From positions 15,810,001 through 15,874,000 of the forward strand of contig NC_087468.1 in the NCBI RefSeq assembly GCF_036321535.1: DNA of 64,000 nucleotides, read 5' to 3'. A program made the translations under genes and the position numbers. Source of the DNA: Camelus dromedarius (Eukaryota). This document shows, one piece after another, positions 13,350 through 25,100 of this stretch. Numbering within the stretch: the stretch's first letter is position 1; each line of letters begins with the position of its first letter. Under the pieces are notes generated by a model. The model saw only the letters and a list, made by a program, of their open reading frames with translations, ran no database searches and was not told the DNA's origin.

Positions 13350-13452
13350 GCTGTTCTGCTATTCTGTCTCTTCTGAAGGGCAGTGCTTGCATTTTATGTC
13401 TCCGTGTGTCTCCTGGAGTCATGCCCTATGCCTGCTTGGTGCTCAATAAATA
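13350..13452 (+). mobile_element. L2 3' end
   Basis: gaagggcagtgcttgcattttatgtctcc...ggtgctcaataaatacc. Confidence 0.55.
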
Positions 13453-14039
13453 CCAAGAAAAAAAAAATGGTACTTTTTAGACTGTTCTGCAGGGCTCAAC
13501 GGGATTATTTTGTGTGCAAAGTTCAGAAATAAAAAAGCCAAGCCTCAGCAAAATTGCTTCTTTTTGCATTTTTCATTTTGATGATGTCTCTAAGGTGTGG
13601 TTTCCTATATTCTTTATGTTCCAAATATACTCCAAATTACCTTCTATTTCTGTTGTATCTAATAGATTGGAGGTGACACGAAAGGGCACAGGGGCCCCGG
13701 TCACCTAGAGTCATATACCAAACCCTGTCTGAATGATCTCAAAAACAGACTGTGCCAGACATTTTATGAAAGGCTTTTACCTTGAACCAGACAATTATGC
13801 ACCATAAAGTTAATTCACACTGGAAGGGAGCAACAGGAATTTTGAGTGTGTTAAATGTAATTCAGCCAGTTGGGACAGTGGTGATTAGGACGACTCTGGG
13901 TGAGGCTTCCATATGTCATTCTGATCCTGGCACCATTTGGAGGTCTTTGAACAGATGTTACTTGAGACACTTATACTCTGGGAAGGGAGGAAAGGGAGAA
14001 AAGAGCTGGAGATTTTGGACGTTCCAAATTCCAAATAAC

Positions 14040-14216
14040 GTGTCCATGTTGGTTCATCGATTGTACCAAATACTCCACACTGATGAGAGATGTTGAAGGT
14101 AGGGGAGTGCATACGTGTGGGTGGGGAGGCCTGTGTGGGAACTCTGTATTTTCTGCTTAATTCTGCTGCAAACCTGAAACTGCTCTGAAAAAATAAAGTC
14201 TATTAATAAAAAAAAA
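14040..14216 (+). mobile_element. L1MC-type 3' end with A tail
   Basis: gggaactctgtattttctgcttaattctgctgcaaacctgaaactgctctgaaaaaataaagtctattaa followed by an A run. Confidence 0.8.
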
Positions 14217-14262
14217 GTTTATTAGTTTAATGTATCTCAGCAGTTAAAAATAGTGCTTTAGA

Positions 14263-14444
14263 CAGGTGGTTCTCAAAGTATGGTCCCCAAAGCGTGAGCA
14301 TCAGTGTCACCCAAGGACTTGTCAGAGATGCACGTTCTTGGGCCGCCCTCAGACCTACTGACTCAGAAACGCGGGGTGCAGCAATCCGTGTCTTAACAAG
14401 CTCTCCAGGAGATTCTGACATATGCCAGAAATTGGGAACCATGG
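14263..14444 (+). mobile_element. MER5A (hAT-Charlie)
   Basis: tggttctcaaagtatggtcccc...agacctactgactcagaaac...attgggaaccatgg. Confidence 0.85.
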
Positions 14445-14628
14445 CTTTCGACCTTTGTCTAAAGGTCTAAAGGGAATAATATGTCCCTCCCCCATCTGCC
14501 CACCACGTGTATTTTAAAGATGTTTAAAAAGCATGGACCTGTTTGTAAGCAGTCACACAACAGTGATAGAGCCAGACATGATCAGGTCACAGAGCAGGTA
14601 GAAATGTGCAGAAGACCGCTTAGGGGGC

Positions 14629-14768
14629 GGGGAGGGTGTAGCTCAGTGGTAGAGCACGTGCCTAGCACGCGTGAGGTCCCGGGTTCAGTCCCCAGCACCT
14701 CCATTAAAAGTAAATACATAAATGAACATAATTACCTACCCCCCACCGAAACAATAACAACAAAAAAC
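14629..14768 (+). mobile_element. Vic-1-like camelid tRNA-Ala-derived SINE, long-tail form
   Basis: GGGGAGGGTGTAGCTCAGTGG (A box), GGTTCAGTCCC (B box), then cctccattaaaa...taattacctaccccc and an A-rich tail. Confidence 0.85.
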
Positions 14769-14834
14769 ACTTGTCAGGAAAAGTCTGAAACCGGAAGTCA
14801 TCTTGCGTTCACAGCTGACCTCCGCCGTTTTCTC

Positions 14835-14995
14835 CTTGTGTGACCTTGAACACGTTATCCGTGGCATCTGTAGCGTTAAGACGGTTGATGGTACCTGCCT
14901 TAGGGTGGGTTGTCGTCAGCAATGAATGACTGCATGTCGATAGGTGCTTGGAATAGCGTCTGGCACAGAATGAGTGCTCTGTATGTGACTGTTAA
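14835..14995 (+). mobile_element. MIR
   Basis: tgtgtgaccttgaac...gtacctgccttagggtgggttgtcg...gcttggaatagcgtctggcacag. Confidence 0.7.
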
Positions 14996-16094
14996 ATAAA
15001 GTGGATGAACTTGAAGGTGAAGGTTTCATGATCCGGGACAGGCCCCTGTGAGGAGGAAGAGGTGGGTGGTCACATCCTGTGACCAGAGGCCTCTGCTCTT
15101 GCTGTCTGTATCAGGACTGTTCTCCTGGATGCCAAGGAGGCACCTGGGCTGCGGTGAACGCAGAGTCCAGGATACGTGGATGCATTCAAGCAGGATTGAC
15201 ACCTGTGCTGTTCAGATGCCTGCAGAGCGAGGCGGTAAGAAATGCTTTATCCATCACCAGGATGGAGCAGGTGTTTGAGAGCCCTGGGCCATAATTTGCC
15301 CAAACCTCAGGTTTTAGAGCTTTCATATGTATGGCTTTCTTTAAAAAAAAAATCAATCAACATGATCTAGGCACAAACATCCGCTCCCGGTGGTGGCTGG
15401 TATATTCTCCATTCCTTGGCAAATCTGATGTATTTTAACCCAGCTTTCAGCTTTCTCTAACCTCACTTCATCAGTCCTTCTCTGCTCAGGCATGTCTGCC
15501 TTCATTTGGCAGATGTGGCAGGTTTTCCATTTCCCCCATGTAAATGACTTGTTTATTACAGTAGGGGTCCCTGGTCTTTGGAAACAGCTTACAGATATCC
15601 TTGAATAGAGCTCAGAAAGGGCTTCATGAATAATAATGCCGAAGTAAACCTGAGATGAGCGTGGACGTTGCCTCTTTGACATTCATACATCATCCTAAGT
15701 GCCGTCATTTAAACAGAAAATGTAGATGGCTCCCTGGGAAGGCTGGGTCTGAAATATGCTTTCTTTACGAAACTCATCATTTCAGCAAAACAAACAGCAG
15801 AAAGCGAAGGGGGGAGTAGGTGACTCCTGGTATGCGTTGTACCTGAGCATAAAATTTGTCTTTCTGATTGTACGGAGACTTCACAGCCCCTTGTTTTAAC
15901 TTTTAAATTTGCCTTTCTCTTTCTATTAAATGTTCCTCGGCTTCCTTCTAGCTGGTGAATTTATGGAGAAGGCACAAGACTGAGGGTGAGGAGACGGACA
16001 TCCAGAGTAAGTTAACTCTCAACTCCGTTTGTCTTGGGAGACAGAGGAGAATTGTTGATGCATTTGCAGCCTGACTGCAGCTTCCATGTGGACC

Positions 16095-16216
16095 ACAGGT
16101 CCTTAAACTTGGCAGTGCATTGGAATCATTTGGAGACCGTAATGTGTCCTGGACATTGTGATTTTTCAAAGATGCCCTTGGGATTCTGATGTATGGAAAG
16201 TTTGAGAACCACTGAT
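16095..16216 (+). mobile_element. MER5B-like fragment
   Basis: cttaaacttggcagtgcattggaatcatttggaga...ggattctgatg...aagtttgagaaccactg. Confidence 0.6.
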
Positions 16217-17379
16217 GCTCATTGTATCAACCTCATGGATTTGGAGATGGCCAGCCGTTCCCGGAGAACGAGTCAGATGACCTAACCAAAGTCTGCTGGG
16301 AGGTGGGGGTGTGGCCTCTTAAGAGAGAACCCGTCCTGAGGGAGGAAGGAGCCAGGCACACCCAGGGACTCGCATCACTCTGTCCTCTGCCTAGTGTGAT
16401 GGGTGCAAGTCTCAGATCTTGGAAGAAGACTGTGAGCAGAAGTACGAGTGCTTTGCCAGTGAAAGCTCTGTAAAGCATTGGGTCCCAGCAGAACGGCTAC
16501 CAGAGCGTGGCATAAAGACACAGTGGGAAGGGGGCTGCTTTGCTTTGTCGCACAGTGCAGGCCAGGGGGCAGCAATGTAAGTGGCCCAACGAGCCACGGT
16601 GACTTCTGGGGCCATCTGCAGGGCCCTGTGTGACCCTGCGCAGCAACAGCAGGGGCGCCCAGTAAGGCCCGCACCCGGGTTCTGCAGGAGCAGGGGCTGC
16701 AGGTTCGTCCGAGCGCTGAGGTCATGTACCCTGACAGGTAACGAGATAAAACTGGCCTGGACTCCAGGTGTGTCTTTGCCAGCAGGTGAAGCCTGGAGAC
16801 TCAGGGCACAGGTATCTGTATGGTGAAGGAGGCAAGGGTATAACCGTGCTGCTACAGGCAGAGGACCGGGAGGCGGCCTTTCTGACCACGTTGGTTTCGC
16901 TCCACAGCGGTTTAGACGTAGTGCCCTCTGTCTGAACTGAGGAAATAGCTACATGAGATGGTTCTGGCCGTTACTACGGAGTTGCTGTTAGAAGAATTGT
17001 TCATTAAATCATTCAGTGGCCATCCCAAGGCTCCGTGGCATACATCCCTTTCAGAATTCAAATGCAAGAGTGAATCTCTCTTGCATAATTGGTTTGCTTC
17101 CACTGATGGGATAACGAGAGCAGTGCAACCCATTACGTTTTCTGCCCTCGTCTCCTCCTCAGTCATCAAGACTCTCAAAACCAAACGCAATGCTTATTTG
17201 CCGTTTAAGTATAACCTCTGGTCTTCACGACATTATCAGTGAGTCCTTCTTATTACGCTCTTGCTGTGGTTTGATCAGTTTTTCTACGTGTGTCTTTTGT
17301 TTTCAAGCGCTCCAAAATCTTTTGTGAAAGAAGCAAGGCGGAAACATAAAACTCTCAGCTTAATAGAATTCTATTTTTC

Positions 17380-18560
17380 TTAGCTTTTTTATTTTTACAG
17401 CTTTAGTGTGGTATGATATACAATAAACTGTGCATAAAGTGTACCATTTGGTAAGTTTTGGCATAATATATACCCCTGAAACCACTGCCACAATTTAGGT
17501 AATGAACATTTTTTAAATCACCCAGCTAAAATTTCCTCATGTCCATTTTTTTTGTAGTAATTTTTTATTTTATCTTTTTACCACCCTGTGTTTTTGGGGG
17601 GGGGAGGGGAAGTAATTAGGTTTATTTATTTATTCGTAGAAGATGTAGGGGGTATTGAACCTAGGACCTCATGCTTACTAAGCATGCGCTCTGCCACTTG
17701 AGGTATATCCTGTCCTCTCCTCATGTCCCTTTGTAATCCCTTCTTCCTACCCCTCCCCAATCCCACCCCTGCCCTCGGAAACTATTGATTTGCTTTCTGT
17801 TACTATAGATGAATTTGCATTTTCTAGAATCTTCTACAGGTTGATTAATACAGTATGTTGCCTTTTTTGTGTGACTCCTTTCACTCGGCGTAATTATTCT
17901 GAGAGTCTTCTATCTTATTGCACATATCAATAGTTTATCTTTATTGCTAAGTTGTATCCATCGATTAGATATATAACAAATTGTTTATCCGTTCAGCTAT
18001 TGATGGACATTTAAGTTGCTTCCAGGTTTTAGCTATTATAAATAGAGCTGCAGTGAACATTCATGAACGTCCTTGTGTGGACGTGTGCGTTCACTCATTT
18101 GGAGTAAGTACCTGAGAGTGGAATGGCTGGGGGACGTGGCAAGTGCACATTTAGCTTTTTAAGAAACTGCCGAAGTGTTCTGCAAGGTGGTTGTACCATT
18201 CTAAACCTCCTGTCAGCAGCATACGAGAGTTCTAGTGGCTTTGCATCCTGCCCAGCACTTGGTATGATCGGTCTTTTGAATTTTAGCCATTCTAGCAGGT
18301 GTGAAGTCTTATCTTATTATGGTTTTGGTTTGCGCTTCCCGGATAACTGATGATTCAGAGCATCTTTCTATTTGTTTATTTGCAATTCATATGTCTTTGG
18401 TGAGATGCCTCTACAGATCTTTTTGCCAATCTTTTAAGAAACTGAGTTGCTTGTTTTCTTATTATAGTGTGTTGAAAGTTCTTTATATATTCTTGGATAC
18501 AAGTCCTTTATTTGATATGTGACTTGAAAATATTTTCTCACAGTCTATGGCTTGTCTTTT
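17380..18560 (-). mobile_element. L1MB-type 3' fragment, interrupted by a SINE
   Basis: Antisense L1 3' UTR/ORF2 end (gatggacatttaagttgcttccagg, gatgattcagagcatctttc). Confidence 0.85.
17545..17717 (-). mobile_element. Vic-1-like SINE with 11-bp target-site duplication
   Basis: Reverse-complement SINE body (attgaacctaggacctcatgcttactaagcatgcgctc). TCCTCATGTCC at 17534-17544 and 17718-17728. Confidence 0.85.
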
Positions 18561-18572
18561 CATAGAATCTGA

Positions 18573-18650
18573 TTTTTTTTTGAAGTATAGTTGATTTACA
18601 ATGTTGTGCTAATTTGTGTATAACTGAGTCACTATGCTGTACACCAGAAA
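18573..18650 (-). mobile_element. Very short artiodactyl-type L1 3' terminus with inverted 5' part
   Basis: polyT+gaagtatagttgatttacaatgttgtgctaattt (antisense L1 end) is joined to gtgtataactgagtcactatgctgtacaccaga (sense copy of the adjacent upstream L1 segment). Confidence 0.65.
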
Positions 18651-19989
18651 AGAACCATTAATTGTTATGACAGGAAGAGTTACTCTGCAGCTGTGGAAAA
18701 CTGTGAAGCTGAATAGTTATAGCTAACCTGCGCTGAGAGGTTACTTTGCATCGCTTACAGTTCTTAACCTCTGCACGTGTCCACGGATTTAATGATCACA
18801 ACTGCTATGCGAAGTGGTTGCAGTTTGGGCTCCACTGCCGAGAGGAGGAAACTGAGGCTTTGGGGGTGGAGTTAATCCTCTTAAAAAAAAACTCCCCGCT
18901 CTGCACACGACCCAAGCCAGCTGTCGTATTTCTCCTTCCACAGAAGACTCTCCCTAAATCCCGTTTCTCCCACTTCCGTCTGACACCAGAGAAAGGAGGT
19001 GCTCTCTTCTTCATTTACGGCCAACTTTTCAGCAGGGCTCCCGATCCCCTCTTCCTGCACCTCACTGTTCGGAATTCCCTCTCGCTCCATTTTCTCCCCA
19101 GGCGCCCGTATTTAAGGGGTTACTCCCTTCCCCATTCAGAGACTTACAGGAGCCCACTGAAAAGAGGGAAGCTGCTTGATCCTGCTGCTCTATCTGCCTC
19201 CTGTTTATACGCATTCCTTCCTCTGTCAGAGCATCCTGAAATCGGATATACATCTAGTCCATGCCTAGACTCGATCAACATGTCTTTTTAATTCCTGCAA
19301 TCTGGCTTCTAATCTCTCCTGTCCAAACACGGTATGGAAGCAAATCTCTTTGGAAATCTCCCTAAATTTCCTTCTCTGCAAGATTATCCACTTGTTTTAT
19401 CTTCATTTTTGACCCTTGTGCCCCTGACTCAGACTTCTGACGGCCTCCGTCTGTCCTGAGCGAAATCACGCAGTCCTGAGCTCTCAACTTGCACCTTCTT
19501 TGTTGGATCCAATCACCTTCTTTTCCCTGAGTAACCTGAGTAACTCTTTATCTCACTCCGTTTTATTTTATTTTGAGAGATGGTCACCACTGGAAACTAT
19601 ATTTCATATTTATTTTTCTTTTCTGTCTGACATTGGTTTGCCTTCCTTCCCCAGTTTTTCTAGCTTTTGGCCATTATTTCCACGAGAGGCACCCTAAGAG
19701 CTTGGAAGGAGAAATAACCCAGCTGCTTCTGTGTTTCTGTCTGGAAAGTGAGTAGCACTTGGGTCTACTTTTTGGTCTTTGAAGAGTCACTTAAGGTCCT
19801 CACTGCTGTTTTCCCCAACACTTCAAAGGGTTCTGGGGGTGACGAGAGGACACAGGAAGTAGAAATAGACAAACAAGGTGGGAATGAAGGAAGGTGCCCA
19901 TAGTGAAGTCCTTTTCTCGCTGAGCCCAGGGCAGACCAAAGCCAGTGGAGGAAAAAGTTTTAAATTGAATAAAAGATTTAATTTAAGCT

Positions 19990-20330
19990 ATCAGCAAGGA
20001 TGGAGACAAGAGGCTGTTGCAGTAGGGTGGGGGAGTGGCGGCAGCTGAGAAATGACAGCGAGGACAGGACTCTGGCTGCGGAGGAGAGAAGAAACGGCTA
20101 ATTCTGGGTCTATTCAGATAGTAGAGCAAATAAAACTTGTGATTGGCTTGGATGCAGTGGTTAAGGGAAAAAGTAAGGGAGAAAAGAGGAGTCAAAGATT
20201 ACCCTCGGTTTTGGGACCTGAGCAATTTGGCAGATGTTGGCTGTCATTTACTAATGGAAGAGGGGATGGAGCAGATTTTGGGGTAAATCAAAACTTGGTT
20301 ATTGATGGGGTGTTTGTGATGTCTTTTGCA
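19990..20330 (-). mobile_element. L2 fragment
   Basis: gaggctgttgcagtag...aaaacttgtgattggcttggatg...ggagtcaaagattaccctcggttttggg. Confidence 0.75.
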
Positions 20331-21999
20331 TAGGCTAGGGGCTGTTAGAAGAAACTGTTTTCTTTTTTTTTTTTTTTCGGCTGGAGGGTTCCCACATTCT
20401 CTAGATTTAAAAGCGCTCTCTTGGTATGAATTTTCTGATATATAAGAAGCTCTGTAAACCAGGTGAAGTGAGTGGTGGCAAAGATTGGCTGGCAAGGCTT
20501 CCCATATCCATCACACGCACAGGATTTTTCTGGTATTCATTTCCTAATCAAAGAAGGCAAGTGATTTCATGTTGCCTGCCAAGCTAAAAAAAATAGTTCT
20601 CAACAGCAATTTCACTTGCCATGGGTGGAACAATAATACATCAATATGATTTACTATAAAATGTTTAATAGAAATACATTTTCATCCCTGATTCTAGTAA
20701 AATAATACGAAGGTCTGATCAATATGGATGATATCAGTTTAAATTTGTTTTGCTATAAAGCTGTGCTTTCTCCTTTGGGAGCAAAGCAGAGTTATTTCCA
20801 ACTGGATACAATTTGTAGTAGAGAAAAGACATCAGGAAAAATTAGTTATTGGAAAAGATAGTCAAATACAAAATTATATTCTTTAAAAGTCATGAAAAGT
20901 ATTAGATTATAATTTTGGAATGTGTAGACACTGTAACTTCAACTTTCAGAAAATACAGTAAGCACTCTGCAACAGACAGGCAACATCCTGGGTTAGTTCA
21001 AATTTTGGTCTTTAACTGCATTTTAACTCATGCTTAAATCCATGAATGCATATAAAAGTTATTTCGGTCTTTACTTTCTAAAACTTGAAAAAATAGAAAT
21101 TAAGCCTTTAAAAACCAATTCACCATTCAAAAATGGTTAATCCATGAAATTGACAAATATCTACTAAGTATGTGTCAGACCCTTGGTTAATGGCTCAGTA
21201 CGCACAGGTGATGGGAGCCATCAAGGTCAAGTCTTGATTTTCAAGTTTTCTGCCTTTGTTTTCCCGTAACTCTGTGTTTTCTTTCTTACATGAAATTCTC
21301 TGAATTCAGTGGTTTTTCATACTGGCAGGAATCCCTCACTGGAGATGCTCATCCTTAACATGGTGATGTGTCTCAGGCAAAGCTAAGCCAAATGCCATCC
21401 CAAATGCCATCTTCTTGGACAGTTGTGGTGAGCGCCTGCATGGCGGCCCCGGCTGCTGCAGAAGGGACAGGTCCCTCACCACCGAGTGCCTGGCACCAAA
21501 TCACGAGGTAAGAGACCTTCAGAAACGTCTGCTGGGGGCCTTCGGTGAGAAGTCATCTGTGTCTGTCAAGTTTTTTGTCTGCGCTCCCGTCCTGTGACAG
21601 TTTGTGGCCAGACTCTGTGCTAGAGTCTAGCAGCTGGACACACACGTCGGATAAGAAGGGTGGTTACACACGGTGTCAGTATATGAGTCGCTTATTGTTT
21701 TGATTCTAAAGAAGCCTTCAGGCCAAGACTGAACTTCTAATTACGTGCCTCCGCCTCCTACAACTCTCTGCCTCTTTACCTAAAGAGGCCCTGGAGGGTG
21801 AAGCTCAGGTGTGCGTTGGTTTGTGCAGAGTGATGTGAACTTGGTCGGCCTGTGCTCCATCCGCGTTGAGGCTTCAGAGTCCAAGGCTGTCCGCTGCCAT
21901 AGGCGGCTTCCGGAAGGCCTCCTTGGGCACACCTGTCACCAGCCCTGGCCACTTACCTCGCCTGCGATTTGCCCGAGAGTCCGAAACTGTCCCTCCTGG

Positions 22000-22140
22000 C
22001 TGCATGGACTAATTTTCTGAGGAATTTAAAAAATGCCTGTGCCCCAGCCTTAAATATTTGGATTCAATTAGTTCAGGGAAAGACTCCACACCTGCCTTTC
22101 TATCAAGTGCCCGGGTGGTTCTCACGTGATGCCAGGGCTA
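22000..22140. mobile_element. MER5-like fragment
   Basis: ggattcaattagttcagg...aagtgcccgggtggttctcacgtgatgccagggctaga. Confidence 0.4.
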
Positions 22141-25100
22141 GAAAGTAGCCCTGAGAGACAGACTGGGACCCTTGACTGCATATTAGAGCTCCGCGGGCTG
22201 CTTTGAACGCTTCCTTGCCTCCAGGAGTTCTCACTGAATTGGCGTGGGGTGGAGCCTTTCCCCCTCTCTCTTTTAGCTCCCGTGTTATGCTTCATTTATT
22301 TTCAAATAGGTGTCTTCAGGAGTTTACGAAAGTTCCCGGTTGATCACATTACTTCGTAGTCTAGCTGGTGTTGAGAACAGCTGCCCCAGACTTGGAGGAG
22401 GTCCCGTCTGTGAGTGTCAGGGGCCCCCACAGCTGCCTAGTCGGAATGTATCCTTCCCTTTTTATGAGCCCCATCAAATGACTGCTTTGTTAGCTAGATC
22501 TAAAGACAGGTAGGTGCTGGCTGCTCTCTCGTCTTGAGGACCTAGTAGACATTGCTCCCTGACAGATCTGGTTGGGATTCCATATAAAGCGTCTTCAGTG
22601 ATTCCACACCAGGGGAGGTGTGGGATCCTTATGGATGCTTAATTTTGGGGGGATCCTTATGGATTCAGGAGGTAAGCCTTGGCCATATCCCCTGTTCAGG
22701 GAAACGCCTCGTCTTGGGAAGTCATGACATCACACACTCAAAAATAGCCGGCCAAGAGTGTTTTAAAACTGAGTGTTTAGAGGCTTATAACCTCTGAGCT
22801 TGACTAAGGACCAAAGGTTGTTGGGGAACCCTGAGCTCAAGGAGTCTCCATCCATTTCTGTGGGAACTTGAATTCTTTATGTATATTGGGGTATGTGGGG
22901 AAGGGGCTGATGGAAGTGCTTGCTTTGGCAGAAGGAACCAGGCTGATTTAGGTACTTCCATCATGGCCACAGCGCGTTGGTTCCTCAACAATGGAAACGG
23001 TCTTCCAGGGGTGAGAAGATCCTCCAGGAGGATCTTTTGAATGATGCAGCGGGCAGTATCTCTAGTCCCTGGGATTTCATGGAACTCTTACTTGGACTGG
23101 CGGGAGAAAAACAAGCCAACAATCAAAGCAGTATATAAATTCCAGGCTCTGCCGCAAAGTAAAAGTAGTATTAAGAGTCCCAAGGCAGAAGGTAGATATG
23201 GTCAAAACTGCCCTCCTGTGGCTCCCACCTGGCTGAAAGAAACTAGCACCGGGGGCAACGTGTGACCGCTCTGCTGCATCAAGCGCTGGCGCTCCCCTTC
23301 CCCACCCCCAAACAGGTGTCTTCCATTTCTCTGCAGAACTTCGTCACTCTCTTTTTGGAACCAGACAACCACTTATTCAAAAAAACAAAAACAAAAACAT
23401 CCACGTCTCAGGCAGTACCTACAACTTACGCCAAGTTATCTCCCTCCACTTTGGATATATTGCCGTCTAAGAGTCAGCCCTGTCTAGAGTCACAACAAGT
23501 TCTATGCACAACACCTGGGCCCCAGGAGATTTACTTAGAAATGTAGTATTCGTCTACAACCAGAAAAAAAAGTCAGAAATTTCAAGAAGAATTAGAGACG
23601 TCACCATGCTCTGATATTACCAACTTGTGTGTGCAACGCGGCATCAGAAATTACTGAACCTGAGACCAGTGTCTTTGTCCTGCCTTCCTCTGACAAACTT
23701 TACCATCCACTGTGATGGCAAGGTGGCAAAGTGAAGGTGCAAGGCGGCTGACTATGACGCATGGACCACATCCTTGTGGACTTTCACACCAGCCCCAGTG
23801 CTGCTCCCACAGCTGCCTCTGTGACTAGCTTAGCTCCCAAGGTCCAGGAACAGCATGAATCCATCTGTAGCCTTTGACAGTCAAAAAGCAGTAAACGAGC
23901 TTGCTACAGAGTTGACTATCGCTTGGCTTCCCAAATTATGGAAACAGAAACCACCAATGATACCTGATGGTGTTACCAACCAAAGATTTCAAGCCTCAGG
24001 AAGGGAAAAGGAAACCTTTAAAGGAAGGGTGCAAATGGCAGTGGGGTAGGGCAGAGGGGTCCCCCCAACACCTGGCAAACGAGGGGGAAGTTAAATGAAA
24101 ACACAGTGGTTAAATGGAGAAAATCACCTGAACTTTATCCCACAAACCTTCACTCCTCCTCCTCCACCTTCTCTTCCTGTATGGTAGGAGCACCAGGTTG
24201 GGACCTCCCGTCTAGCCCATGGCAATAATTTCAGCAGCAGCAATTCTGTTCATCACTAACTCTCAGGTGTGCCTCCAGGGCCAGATTTTCACCTGCTTTG
24301 CTTTTGTCCACTGACAGATCTAGAGCTTCTTAAAAAGTAGCCAATTCTCATGTTTGGGCAGGAAAGTTCTGGGTGGGTCTAGAACATCTTGCTGTTGCTA
24401 GAAAGCAAAGATGCTTTCAAGGTATCAAGCCACTAGTCAAAGGATATCAGGAACCTACGTATATTTTTTAGCTCGCTGAGCAAGAAGGAACACCCTAGGG
24501 GAATCTCGGGTGTCTAGGTAAAAGGGAGATGAGGGAGGCTTGTTAAGCAGTTTGTGCTTATGCTGAATGATTTTGTGCAGAAATTGAGGAAGCAGGTACT
24601 GTCTCTGAGCTGAATAGTACCAAGAAGCCAGGAGCAGTTCAGCAGTTGAGCGTCTTGTTCAGGAGGCAGGAGGATCGAGGCTAAGCTGCGGATGTCGTTG
24701 GTAAGAAAACAAAACTCACTCAGAGATCTTTTCCCCTCTTGTCGCTTCGACTAGTTTTGTTAGAAATTGTTTATTGCAGCTTGACAGCCAGCAGGGCTGA
24801 TGTTCACTTTTGCAAAATTATTCAAGGCAGTGCTAAAAGAATAAAGTTACCAGCTTAAAGGGACTTCTTCTAAGTTGAGACAAATTGAGCATCAAAAAGA
24901 ATGATAATTATAATCATTTAGTCTATGAGGTCACTAACACGCTAAAAATGAAAATTAACATAACAAATACAAAGGTAGCTGTAATAAGGAGATAAATAGT
25001 CTAGAATATGTTTAATACTTACTGATTAATATCCATTGCCAATTAATACCCATAGACAGACATTTAATACCTACATATTATGAATCGTCAGTCATCCTGA

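Noticed and set aside
14629-14703. tRNA-Ala gene (also 61670-61749)
   Set aside because: Extra bases in the acceptor stem, an A-rich tail and four dispersed diverged copies identify a SINE, not a tRNA.
18746-19291. 181-aa ORF
   Set aside because: Non-ATG start, no recognisable domain or splice context, and it overlaps MIR/L2-like sequence.
21388-21411. 12-bp tandem duplication CCAAATGCCATC x2 (also a 15-bp direct repeat at 22622/22650)
   Set aside because: Ordinary slippage-type microduplications with no functional context.
23016-23036. Palindrome AAGATCCTCC-A-GGAGGATCTT
   Set aside because: A single 10-bp-arm inverted repeat is within plausible chance for 64 kb, and nothing else supports it.
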